A stretch of DNA of 63,561 bases from Candidatus Nomurabacteria bacterium (GTDB taxonomy: Bacteria; Patescibacteriota; Minisyncoccia; Phycocordibacterales; UBA9973): positions 1-63,561 of the forward strand of contig JAHFNO010000004.1 of the NCBI GenBank assembly GCA_023267275.1, in the 5' to 3' direction. Each line of letters starts with the position of its first letter. Positions within the stretch are counted from its first letter, which is position 1. Of the stretch, positions 9,216 through 17,775 are shown piece after piece. The notes beneath the pieces were generated by a model. That model had not been told where the DNA came from, made no database searches, and worked only from the letters and a program-made list of their open reading frames with translations. Position numbers and translations under genes: made by a program.

Positions 9216-12200
9216 ATTTTCCTGGCTACTATTATTTTCTCGACCAACTGAAGTTTCTTTTTGCAAATCTACATCGAGTGCCAATCCGCGGAGGTAGTTC
9301 AACATAACTGAGAATGATGCTGGAGTATTTGGCACTGGAATTTCTTCACCCTTGATGATTGCGTCGAATGCTTGTGAACGTCCGGTGATATCGTCAGATT
9401 TTACCGTGAGCATTTCGCGAAGTGTGTGCGATGCACCGTACCCTTCGAGAGCCCACACTTCCATTTCTCCAAAACGCTGACCTCCACCTTGTGCTTTACC
9501 GCCAAGTGGCTGTTGCGTAATAAGACTGTAGGGACCAATCGAACGCATGTGAATCTTGTCTTCCACCATGTGGTGCAGTTTGAGCATGTACATGATTCCC
9601 ACGGCAACATCTTGTTCAAATTTGTCGCCTGTGCGTCCATCGAAGAGTGGAATCGATCCTGATTCTGGGAATCCAGCAGCTTTGAGTTCAGCTTTTATTT
9701 CGAAATCGCGAGCTCCAGCAAATGGAGGCACGATCGCTTGATAGCCGAGTGTGTTTGCAGCAAGTCCCAAATGCATTTCAAGAATCTGTCCGAGGTTCAT
9801 ACGTGATGGAACTCCGAGTGGTGTAAGGATTACGTCGACAGGTGTACCATCGGCCATGAATGGCATTTCTTCTTGTGGAAGAATTGTTGAAATAACTCCC
9901 TTGTTTCCGTGACGTCCTGCGAGTTTGTCACCCACTGAAACGTTACGAAGCTGAGCGACTTCAATAACCACTTTTTTGATGATTCCACTTTCGAGCTGAT
10001 GACCTTCTGCACGTGAGAAAATCTTCACGCCGATGATACGTCCACGCTTTCCGTGTTCAAGACGCATTGATGTGTCTTTCACATCGCGAGCTTTTTCCGC
10101 AAAGATAGATCGGAGCAAGCGCTCTTCTGGAGTGAGTTCTGTTTCGCCCTTTGGAGTAATCTTACCGACAAGAATATCGTTTTCACGAACTTCAGCACCG
10201 ATACGAATAATTCCTTCTTCATCGAGATCTTTCAATTTTCCTTCACCTACGTTTGGAATATCACGTGTTGTGATTTCGGGTCCGAGTTTTGTATCGCGCA
10301 CGACACAAATAAATTCTTCAACGTGAATAGAAGTAAAGACTGAATCTTTTACGAGACGATCAGAAAGAATAATCGCGTCTTCGTAGTTTGATCCAGCCCA
10401 TGACATAAATGCCACGAGTACGTTTTGTCCGAGTGCAATCTGACCATTGTCTGAACTCGACATGTCAGCGAGGAGCGCACCCTTTTTCACTTCTTGTCCG
10501 ACAGACACCACTGGGCGCTGATGGAATGAAGTAAAGTTGTTTGTACGAGAAAAGTTTACGAGTGGGTAGTCGCGAACACCAGATTTGCCCTTCACCACGA
10601 TGTGCTTTCCATCCATGTGTGTCACTGTTCCCGCTTCTTCGGCAAGAACAAGACGTCCTGAATATGGTGCTGCTTTTTCTTCGATACCTGTTGCCACGAG
10701 TGGCGCATTTGGTACGAGACATGGTGTTGCCTGCTTCTGCATGTTAGATCCCATGAGTGCTCGGTTTGCGTCGTTGTGTTCAAGGAAAGGCACCATCGCT
10801 GTTGCGATTGAGAATGCCTGATATGGAACCACGTCGATAAAGTCTACTTCGTTGCGTGAGATGAGACCTGGCTCTGTTTTGATACGAGCTTCTACTTCTT
10901 CATCTACAAGCACACCCTTTTCATCTACTGGGTTTGCAGCGTGTGCAATGTTGTACTTTTCTTCTTCGAGCGCGTTCAAATATACGATTTCGTTTGTGAC
11001 TTTTCCTTTCGCTACTTTCACGTATGGAGTTTCGATAATACCGAAATCATTGATGCGTGCGTAGATAGAAAGGTGAAGAATAAGGCCGATGTTCGGACCT
11101 TCAGGAGTGTGGATCGGACACACGCGACCGTAGTGAGATGTGTGCACGTCGCGCACTTCAAGACCTGCGCGTTCACGAGTGAGACCGCCGGGACCAAGTG
11201 CTGAAAGAATACGGATGTGTTCGATTTCGGCCAAGAGGTTTTCCTGGTTCATAAACTGCGAGAGCTGGTTCGTAGTGAAAAATTCTTTGATACGAGCCTG
11301 CATTGGACGCTGGTTGATGATTTGGATAGGCAACGCAGCCGCTGTATCTATAGTAGACATACGGTCTTGTACATTGCGCTTGATCTGAGTCATACCTACG
11401 CGAATTTTTTGCGCGAGGAGTTCGCCCACATAACGTACACGACGCTGAGCAAGGTGGTCGATGTCGTCGGCCTTTGCACCAGGAGTGTTTGTAAGTGTAA
11501 CGATATATTTTACAACTTGAATAAGATCAGCTTTTGAAATTGTGCGGCGTTCAAGCTCCTTGTCACTCATGTCGAGATCAAAGCGCTTGTTGAAACGGAA
11601 GCGACCCACTGGAGAAAGGTCATAACGATCTTTTGAAAAGAGCGCAGTGATAAATTCACGTGCGTTTTCTGGAGTTGCAAGGTCGCCATCGCGGAGACGT
11701 TTGTACATTTCCACGTTTGCTTCTGCTGGAGTCTTTGCTGTGTCCTTTGCGAGACAAGTAGCGATTACTGTTGACGTAGCCTCATCATCAGCAAATGCAG
11801 CCTTGATCTCATCGTCTGTAGTCATACCAAAAGCGCGAAGGAGTGAAGTGATTGGGAATTTGCGCTTCTTGTCGATACGAACATAGATAACACCGTCGGT
11901 CTCAGCATCGATTTCAATCCACACTCCACGTGCAGGAATAATCTTTGCACCGAAGTACATTTTTCCTTTGAGTTCGTTTTCTGTAAAGAAGATACCGAAA
12001 CTTCGAGCGAGCTGTGCGACAATAACACGTTCAACACCGTTGATGATGAATGTGCCGTGATTTGTCATCACTGGAATATCAGAAAGGAAAATTTCTTGTT
12101 CCTTTGCTGTTCCGCCAGCGAGCTTGTTTGTAAGTTTTACGTTTACTTTGAGTGGTGCTTCATATGAAAGCTTGTTTTGCTTTGCATAAAATTCATCACA

Positions 12201-12446
12201 CTTCGGTTCACCAAGTGAAAACGAAGTAAACTCAAGCTCGAATTTCTTGCCTGAGTAATCAGAAATAGGAGAAAATTCTTTAAAAATTTCTCCGATACCA
12301 TTTTCTACTAAATCTTTGAACGATCGAATCTGCATTTCAAGCAAATCCGGAAACTCTGCGAGTGACGCCTTGTACTTTTGAAAGTACTTTTTTGGGCGAG
12401 GCCCATTAGCATGAATCGACATACCGTTATTTTTATAGAACTCCAT
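9213..12446 (-). CDS. rpoB: RNA polymerase beta subunit
   Basis: 1077 aa with conserved GRHGNKGVIS and MNLGQILE blocks. Confidence 0.98.
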   Translation of the reverse strand: MEFYKNNGMSIHANGPRPKKYFQKYKASLAEFPDLLEMQIRSFKDLVENGIGEIFKEFSPISDYSGKKFELEFTSFSLGEPKCDEFYAKQNKLSYEAPLKVNVKLTNKLAGGTAKEQEIFLSDIPVMTNHGTFIINGVERVIVAQLARSFGIFFTENELKGKMYFGAKIIPARGVWIEIDAETDGVIYVRIDKKRKFPITSLLRAFGMTTDDEIKAAFADDEATSTVIATCLAKDTAKTPAEANVEMYKRLRDGDLATPENAREFITALFSKDRYDLSPVGRFRFNKRFDLDMSDKELERRTISKADLIQVVKYIVTLTNTPGAKADDIDHLAQRRVRYVGELLAQKIRVGMTQIKRNVQDRMSTIDTAAALPIQIINQRPMQARIKEFFTTNQLSQFMNQENLLAEIEHIRILSALGPGGLTRERAGLEVRDVHTSHYGRVCPIHTPEGPNIGLILHLSIYARINDFGIIETPYVKVAKGKVTNEIVYLNALEEEKYNIAHAANPVDEKGVLVDEEVEARIKTEPGLISRNEVDFIDVVPYQAFSIATAMVPFLEHNDANRALMGSNMQKQATPCLVPNAPLVATGIEEKAAPYSGRLVLAEEAGTVTHMDGKHIVVKGKSGVRDYPLVNFSRTNNFTSFHQRPVVSVGQEVKKGALLADMSSSDNGQIALGQNVLVAFMSWAGSNYEDAIILSDRLVKDSVFTSIHVEEFICVVRDTKLGPEITTRDIPNVGEGKLKDLDEEGIIRIGAEVRENDILVGKITPKGETELTPEERLLRSIFAEKARDVKDTSMRLEHGKRGRIIGVKIFSRAEGHQLESGIIKKVVIEVAQLRNVSVGDKLAGRHGNKGVISTILPQEEMPFMADGTPVDVILTPLGVPSRMNLGQILEMHLGLAANTLGYQAIVPPFAGARDFEIKAELKAAGFPESGSIPLFDGRTGDKFEQDVAVGIMYMLKLHHMVEDKIHMRSIGPYSLITQQPLGGKAQGGGQRFGEMEVWALEGYGASHTLREMLTVKSDDITGRSQAFDAIIKGEEIPVPNTPASFSVMLNYLRGLALDVDLQKETSVGRENNSSQEN

Positions 12447-12721
12447 ATATAGCGCATTTCCTTGTTGCTTCGCTCGTTTGCTCCTGCGATGTATGTTTAT
12501 ACATCTTAGTCACAAGCCTCGCTCGCGCCTCGAACTGCATCTATCTATGAATGTTCTATCTAAGTTTACGCAAAACGCAAAAAAGACGAGGCAAACCTTT
12601 CTCCTTCATAGAGCTTGCTTCGACCCATTATTGTTTTGTGCTTACCGTGGCGTGGGGCGCCAGTTATAGCTGCTAAAGGCTACGAATAACAACTAAAACT
12701 CAATCAGTCCGTAGTGAAATC

Positions 12722-12749
12722 AGTTTACTCATTTTTAGCCTTGTGTCAA
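12722..12749 (-). promoter_or_regulatory. candidate sigma-70 promoter for rpoB (TTGACA-N16-TAAACT)
   Basis: Read on the minus strand. It would give a 5' leader of about 270 nt before the rpoB ATG. Confidence 0.3.
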
Positions 12750-12775
12750 GGGCAGTTTTCCCCTCCTATTGTGTC

Positions 12776-12796
12776 ATTCCCGGCTTGACCGGGAAT
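12776..12796. other. 8-bp hairpin ATTCCCGG-CTTGA-CCGGGAAT
   Basis: Perfect stem in the divergent spacer between rpoB and the 12863 gene. A CCCCTCCT block lies just beside it. Confidence 0.5.
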
Positions 12797-12810
12797 CTAG
12801 ATTAAAGTAC

Positions 12811-12839
12811 TTGACCTTTTATATTTAAAGTATTATAAT
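12811..12839 (+). promoter_or_regulatory. candidate sigma-70 promoter (TTGACC-N17-TATAAT)
   Basis: Consensus-like hexamers 23 nt upstream of the ATG at 12863. Confidence 0.45.
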
Positions 12840-12862
12840 GTTAAAAATTAAAAACAGCACGT

Positions 12863-13420
12863 ATGGAAAAACAACCGCTTTCCTGGCTTGAATTTCTGGC
12901 ATATGAAAACAGAATCAATGCCCTCCTGCTTATGATAAAAGATCATATTGCAGGAACTCGAATCACCACGTATTCCCTGTCTAATAATACAATGGCGGAA
13001 TATTGGGCAAAAAACGACCCTGAAGCAATCTACGAAGACATCTACTGTAGTAAAGAAATATTATTTACTACAAAAATAACGTTTGCTTCAGAAAGTTCGA
13101 TGGCAGGTCACATTCTGAAAGATTCATATTTTGAGCTTGGGTTATTTTTAACCGGCGAAATGAACTTTACAGCATTTATTGCGCTTGATGAGCATTATTT
13201 CAAAGCGGAAGAAATAACGAATCAATATATGGAGATGATTACAACAGATCAAGGAGATGTTGAAGTAAGCATACTCAAAGAAGAGAGGAAGGAACTCTTT
13301 AAAGTAATTATTGATGTGTTCGAGATATTACGCGCGACACTTTCAAAAAACTACAAGTTCTACCCTAACGAAGAAAAAATGTATCATATTAAAAAGTATT
13401 TTACAAAAAAAGAACAGTAA
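12863..13420 (+). CDS. hypothetical protein
   Basis: 185-aa ORF with its own promoter-like site and a downstream terminator. No family recognised. Confidence 0.6.
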   Translation: MEKQPLSWLEFLAYENRINALLLMIKDHIAGTRITTYSLSNNTMAEYWAKNDPEAIYEDIYCSKEILFTTKITFASESSMAGHILKDSYFELGLFLTGEMNFTAFIALDEHYFKAEEITNQYMEMITTDQGDVEVSILKEERKELFKVIIDVFEILRATLSKNYKFYPNEEKMYHIKKYFTKKEQ

Positions 13421-13425
13421 ATCAC

Positions 13426-13462
13426 ACTGCCTGAGAAAATAAATTTTCTCAGGCAGTTTTTT
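13426..13462 (+). terminator. rho-independent terminator
   Basis: ACTGCCTGAGAAAA-TAAA-TTTTCTCAGGCAGT followed by TTTTT. Confidence 0.75.
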
Positions 13463-13519
13463 AATAAAACGTCGTCAAAGTTTTGTGATGAGGTTTTACA
13501 AATTTAGCTGCCTTAGCCT

Positions 13520-14272
13520 CTAGCCATTTAAATATTCCTCAACAAATTTTCCAATCAGGCCATCAACTTCCTGAATCACTTCCGAATAATAACGATAGTC
13601 ATGTGTCGAATTCAATTCTTTTACAAATTTGGGTTCAGGAATTTCACTGCAAATTTTTTCAGCTTCTTCTGAAGTCATAAACTCATCTTTATTTCCATAC
13701 AAAATCATTTTTGGTTTTGTAAGACTTTTCGCAGCGGAAGCAGGATTATATTTTTCACCATCTTCAAAATAACTCATAGGTAAATTAAATACTTTCTGTT
13801 CAATTGTTTTACTTGTTCCAGGAGGAAGGTCGCGATTTGAAATTTTATATCCTTTTTCTCTCGACTTCTGGTCTGGTGGAGTTGGTGCGCCAAGATTTGG
13901 CAATAAACCTACAACTCCTATTACATTTAGATTTTCATTCGCAACAAAAAATGACACAGCTGCGCCTCTACTGTGTCCAACAAGAAGCGTTGGTTTGTTG
14001 CCAAAATATTCAATCAGTTCATGTACTGATTGAATATAATTTGTGGTTGTAAATAATTCTATTCCACCTGGACTCTCCCATGTTCCTGGTGGATCAAATA
14101 CAATCGCAAGAAAACCTTTTTTCGCAAGGCTTGCCATATGCACATGAAAATTCGCATAGTCCTTTGTATCTAATCTTCCAGGGCAAAGTATTGCAAGTCT
14201 CTCAGCATTTTCATCGCCTTCGACAAGGATAGCTAATTCAAAAGATTTAGTAGTAATAATTTTTTTAATCAT
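13520..14272 (-). CDS. alpha/beta-fold hydrolase
   Basis: Nucleophile elbow GHSRGA (G-x-S-x-G). Length and hydrophobic pattern are typical of alpha/beta hydrolases. Confidence 0.8.
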   Translation of the reverse strand: MIKKIITTKSFELAILVEGDENAERLAILCPGRLDTKDYANFHVHMASLAKKGFLAIVFDPPGTWESPGGIELFTTTNYIQSVHELIEYFGNKPTLLVGHSRGAAVSFFVANENLNVIGVVGLLPNLGAPTPPDQKSREKGYKISNRDLPPGTSKTIEQKVFNLPMSYFEDGEKYNPASAAKSLTKPKMILYGNKDEFMTSEEAEKICSEIPEPKFVKELNSTHDYRYYSEVIQEVDGLIGKFVEEYLNG

Positions 14273-14273
14273 C

Positions 14274-14510
14274 TTATGGATTTACTGTTGATAAATTATC
14301 CAGAGCTTCTCCCATTTCGTCATAACTAGACCAAGCTTGTGATTGAGCATCTTCAATATTTTGGTTTGCTTGATTTAATGAATCAACATAGCTAGATAAA
14401 GAATATTGTAATACTTCATTCTTTTTTTCTAGTTTTTTGTATTTGAACCAACCAAAAACAACAATCAATACAAGAACAAAAACAATATACTTATAATTTT
14501 CGTTTTCCAT
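14274..14510 (-). CDS. small membrane-anchored protein
   Basis: 78 aa with one TM segment (YIVFVLVLIVVFGWF). Its stop abuts the hydrolase start. Confidence 0.5.
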   Translation of the reverse strand: MENENYKYIVFVLVLIVVFGWFKYKKLEKKNEVLQYSLSSYVDSLNQANQNIEDAQSQAWSSYDEMGEALDNLSTVNP

Positions 14511-14664
14511 AAAAATATATAGTTAAAATTGTTGCAGCGATAACATACAATGGCACATTATCACTATCTGCTTGAAAAAAATCTTGAAAAAGAAAAACAT
14601 AGAGAATAATGACACAGATAGTTAATCCAAGATTAATTCCAATTTTTTTAAATATTTCTTTCAT
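14491..14664 (-). CDS. possible 57-aa two-TM peptide (below the ORF-track cutoff)
   Basis: My translation is MKEIFKKIGINLGLTICVIILYVFLFQDFFQADSDNVPLYVIAATILTIYFYGKRKL*. It overlaps the next gene's start by 20 nt. Confidence 0.25.
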   Translation of the reverse strand: MKEIFKKIGINLGLTICVIILYVFLFQDFFQADSDNVPLYVIAATILTIYFYGKRKL

Positions 14665-14694
14665 ATAAATATATAAAATTAAAAATAATTTTTT

Positions 14695-14919
14695 CTACCA
14701 CTTATACGGATTCACATACCCTTTCTTTCCATTGTAAGGGTTGTAGTTTCCTTTTGTTGAATAGTTGTCGAGCCTTGTGTGATTCGGAGTCGATTTGTAG
14801 TATGGCTGTACATATGTACCACGCTTTGTCGTGTAGCCACTCACGCGAGTAGATGCATCAACACTGTGCGCGCCAAGTCCCACCTCTCCCAAAACCAATC
14901 CAAAATAGGATTCCCGCAA
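14695..14919 (-). pseudogene. small secreted-type protein with a Y/N/P-rich C-terminal motif, apparently split over three frames at its 5' end
   Basis: C-terminus GTYVQPYYKSTPNHTRLDNYSTKGNYNPYNGKKGYVNPYKW. A strong RBS (AAAGGAGG) plus TTG lies upstream in another frame, and a signal-like KKIFAGILFWIGFG lies in the third frame. See findings. Confidence 0.4.
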
Positions 14920-15030
14920 AAATCTTTTTTCCAGTAAATAGCATGCCCAAATAGTACTCCTCCACCACCAAAACGCAACTCGTTCCTCCTTTACTTTTTA
15001 TTCCACGACCGTTGTATAAAAAGTAAGTTG

Positions 15031-15057
15031 TTTCCGCTGGGTCTTGCCTAGCGGAAA
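15031..15057 (+). repeat. hairpin repeat TTTCCGCT-GGGTCTTGCCT-AGCGGAAA (copy 1)
   Basis: 8-bp stem. The loop carries GGTCTTGCC, the same core as the REPIN-like palindromes. Confidence 0.65.
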
Positions 15058-15115
15058 GATCGAAACTTTACAAGCCATCAAATAGTGATATATTCAAGAA
15101 AAACCAAACATTGTT

Positions 15116-15661
15116 ATGGTGTACTTAGAAAAAATTTTTACGGACAAGAACTTGGATATACCAGCATCAAACTGGACCGAGTCGATAGAGATGCTCCTAA
15201 AAGCAAATCTGTATTTTTTAGAAGTTGTATGGGATGAACACTACTCGCTTGATAAGTGGCAAAAGCAGAGAGTAGAGACTTCAGAAGCGAGAGCGGATTT
15301 AATCTGCAATACCCCAGGGGAAGAAATCAAAGTGGCATACCCAGATTTTCTACCGGATGATGAAAAGAAATTTTTCAAAAGTATGAATTATGTATTTTCA
15401 CTCATTTTAAAACACACGGATCTATTTCAGACATGTATGTACGGTAATAGCGCTAATGAAAAAATCTGGCCAATCATTCCATTTATTGATCCAATCATGG
15501 GTAAATCAGTTGCTTTATTTAGTAAATGGCATTCAAAAAGACAGATATCATTTGTGTCATACGAAGAATTAAAAACCTGGGACACAAAAATATATACACG
15601 AAAAGAAAATGAGAAGTCTTCATTCTGTGATCGGTATGTACTCTTTACTCCGGCAAATTGA
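15116..15661 (+). CDS. hypothetical protein
   Basis: 181-aa ORF followed by a terminator and bracketed by two copies of the 27-nt hairpin repeat. Confidence 0.6.
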   Translation: MVYLEKIFTDKNLDIPASNWTESIEMLLKANLYFLEVVWDEHYSLDKWQKQRVETSEARADLICNTPGEEIKVAYPDFLPDDEKKFFKSMNYVFSLILKHTDLFQTCMYGNSANEKIWPIIPFIDPIMGKSVALFSKWHSKRQISFVSYEELKTWDTKIYTRKENEKSSFCDRYVLFTPAN

Positions 15662-15674
15662 ATAGAAATAATTT

Positions 15675-15704
15675 AAAAGTAGATACTGAGGTATCTACTT
15701 TTTC
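15675..15704 (+). terminator. rho-independent terminator
   Basis: AAAAGTAGATAC-TGAG-GTATCTACTTTTT. Confidence 0.7.
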
Positions 15705-15714
15705 TTTTATTACA

Positions 15715-15741
15715 TTTCCACTAGGTCTTGTTTAGCGGAAA
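15715..15741 (+). repeat. hairpin repeat TTTCCACT-AGGTCTTGTTT-AGCGGAAA (copy 2)
   Basis: Same orientation as copy 1, with one stem mismatch. Confidence 0.6.
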
Positions 15742-15769
15742 CATTTGATGCAACTAGATGATTTTTGAA

Positions 15770-15808
15770 CTACAAGGTCTTGCCTTGTAACAAGGCAAGA
15801 CCTTGTAG
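15770..15808. repeat. REPIN-like palindrome CTACAAGGTCTTGCCTTGTAACAAGGCAAGACCTTGTAG
   Basis: Near-identical to the palindromes flanking the RAYT-like gene at 58164-58206 and 58881-58923. Its ends read CTAC/GTAG. Confidence 0.8.
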
Positions 15809-15965
15809 ATTCTCCCTGTGGTCCAACCCCTCCACTTTAGTTGAGTAAAGCAACCTTATTCCCAGGCTTTTTTCATTCATTGACAGAGTGATTTAAAAGT
15901 GATATAATGCTGGCAAATTTCACATTCACTCACGTGCCCTAGAAAGCACCTTAAAAACACAAAAA

Positions 15966-16199
15966 ATGAAGAAAGTATTCGTTTCGATTGCGATCGCAGC
16001 TTCGGCTCTCGCCTTCACAAGTTGCAACAGTAAAATTCAAAAGTATGGCGGATCTCACAACAGCGCTCCTCCATACAACACAGACTCTGTTAAAGTAACA
16101 AAGAAAGCTGAGTCAAAAGATACAGTATTAAAAAAAATCCCGGCCAGCGAAAAAAATACAATCAAGAAAATTTCTCCGGAAATAAATGGTAAAGGGTAA
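15966..16199 (+). CDS. small lipoprotein
   Basis: MKKVFVSIAIAASALAFTSC: signal peptide with a lipobox Cys. Confidence 0.6.
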   Translation: MKKVFVSIAIAASALAFTSCNSKIQKYGGSHNSAPPYNTDSVKVTKKAESKDTVLKKIPASEKNTIKKISPEINGKG

Positions 16200-16219
16200 G
16201 AAGTATAGCTTCAAAATAG

Positions 16220-16251
16220 AAAAGCGGTTGTGATACATCACAACCGCTTTT
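16220..16251. terminator. bidirectional terminator between convergent genes
   Basis: AAAAGCGGTTGTGAT-AC-ATCACAACCGCTTTT. Confidence 0.75.
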
Positions 16252-16259
16252 ATTATTGC

Positions 16260-16622
16260 TTATTTTTTATTCTTCATTAGAAATTGGTACTCGGTACCGA
16301 TTTTCCAGGCCGTGCCATTGTCGTGGTCGTGAGTGATGTTGAGTAAAATATAATCAACACCAAACTCTTCTCCTTTTCTGTTGAGGTTCTCAACAAGTTC
16401 CTTGAACGTTTTTTTATGAACTTCATCCTTGCTCAAATGGATATTTTCGTGAGAAATATATCCGTGTGTCTTACTCTCTAAATGACACTGCATACTGTAC
16501 TGAACAGTGTCGCAAACTGAAACCGTCTCTTCAGTCTCAGCGAATTTTGCATTTTCATAATCCGGAGTCATTACTTTGTACGCTCCGTTTTTTCCCATAA
16601 AAAGAATCGTTGGTGTGCTCAT
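16260..16622 (-). CDS. hypothetical protein
   Basis: I prefer the ATG at 16622 (MSTPTILFMGKNG..). The GTG start at 16652 in the ORF track lies inside the IS30 inverted repeat. Confidence 0.55.
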   Translation of the reverse strand: MSTPTILFMGKNGAYKVMTPDYENAKFAETEETVSVCDTVQYSMQCHLESKTHGYISHENIHLSKDEVHKKTFKELVENLNRKGEEFGVDYILLNITHDHDNGTAWKIGTEYQFLMKNKK

Positions 16623-16638
16623 AGTCCCAAATTCGCAT

Positions 16639-17673
16639 CTGAATCCGAACACTTGTAGAGTAGAAGAATGAAAAAAACAAAAAGTTTTCGCATCTTTCCA
16701 AAAGCGAAAGAAGCGAGATATTTTTGTTAAAAGAAAAAGGATATTCCCTGCGAGGTATCACAAAAGCACTGGGGAGAAGCGTCTCCTCCATCAGTGACGA
16801 ACTGAAACGGAACGTTGTCGACGGAGAATACGATGCGAAGAAAGCAAACCACAAAGCGTACGTCCGAAGAAAAGAAAGCAAATATCAAGGGATGAGAGTC
16901 GTAAGTGATGACAAATTGAGAAAATTCGTGGAAGAAAAACTGCTCGACGATCAATCACCGAGTGCGATTGCCGGAAGAATCAGTAATCAAGAATCGTTCG
17001 CTGTTGCTGTCTCAAAAGACAGCATATACCGGTACATCAAAAACGTACACGGACGGAAGATCGAGGCATATCGGCAGAAAAAGAAACAAAGGAGAAGAAA
17101 ACGAATCGTCATTCATCCAACGTTACTTGACCGTGTCTTCATCGACAAAAGACCCATATATATCAATATGAGGAAACGATTTGGCGATATGGAAGCGGAC
17201 TTCATTGTTTCAGGAAAAGGTGGCAGTGGAATACTGCTGGTTGTTGTTGATCGGAAAAGTCGGATGGTATTTCTGGTACTGCTGCGAGTTGTGAATATCC
17301 AAAACGTACACGATGCACTGCTTGCCATACAGAAAAAATATCCACTCATGAAAAGCATCACGCTCGACAATGATATCTTGTTTCGAAAACACAAAGAGCT
17401 CGAATCCCTTCTTGGTGTTCCTTTGTATTTCTGTCATCCCTACCACTCTTGGGAAAAAGGTACTGTTGAGAATGCCAACAAATACATTCGTCGAGATATT
17501 CCTAAAGGTCGAGACCTTTCCAAGTATACCGACGAATATATTCAATCACTGGAAGACAAACTGAATCGACGATCAATGAAATGCTTGAACTACAAGACTC
17601 CGACAGAGGTACTAAACGAGTATTTGAAACAAAAAAATTCCCTGAATGGGAAATTGTAGGTGTTCGGATTGAG
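16639..17673 (+). mobile_element. IS30-family insertion sequence, about 1.03 kb
   Basis: Terminal inverted repeats CTGAATCCGAACAC (16639-16652) and GTGTTCGGATTGAG (17660-17673) match 13/14. They enclose a single transposase gene. Confidence 0.8.
16668..17659 (+). CDS. IS30-family DDE transposase; ATG 16668 is out of frame with the body by -1 across an A7 run
   Basis: N-terminal HTH FSHLSKSERSEIFLLKEKGYSLRGITKALGRSVSSISDELKRN. C-terminal core HPYHSWEKGTVENANKYIRRDIPKG. The only in-frame start is TTG 16724, which would truncate the HTH. Confidence 0.85.
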
Positions 17674-17736
17674 CCCGTCCGCTAGGAGTTTATCGTTTTC
17701 TTCAGACTACCCGGTTTCGATTTATTGTCAAATAAC

Positions 17737-17775
17737 AAATCCCGGTCTCGCGATATTCGCGAACCGGGATTTTTA
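17737..17775. terminator. long hairpin terminator
   Basis: AAATCCCGGTCTCGCG-ATATT-CGCGAACCGGGATTT, followed by TTTT. Lies between the IS30 right end and the stop of the 17776 gene. Confidence 0.65.

Noticed and set aside
5494-12446. Dozens of 60-190-aa ORFs on the opposite strand or in other frames inside rpoC and rpoB (for example 5942-6394, 6181-6747, 10033-10326, 11217-11537).
   Set aside because: They lie entirely inside two highly conserved, intact genes. Their composition is low-complexity or shadow-frame, and they have no start context of their own. The same applies to shadow ORFs inside dnaG, typA, smc, dnaE, thrS and gyrB.
12447-12862. A possible tmRNA, SRP RNA, 6S RNA or RNase P RNA in the large rpoB upstream gap.
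   Set aside because: I could not find the tmRNA 5' GGGG..GAC or 3' T-arm/CCA signature, a tag ORF ending in hydrophobic residues, or the SRP helix-8 motif on either strand. It is kept only as an unexplained leader. An Infernal scan is still needed.
15031-15741. The hairpin-bounded ORF as an integron cassette with attC sites.
   Set aside because: No integrase (IntI) or attI is present in the window. The hairpins are short perfect stems lacking the extrahelical-base architecture of attC. The observation is retained only as a generic hairpin-bounded cassette.
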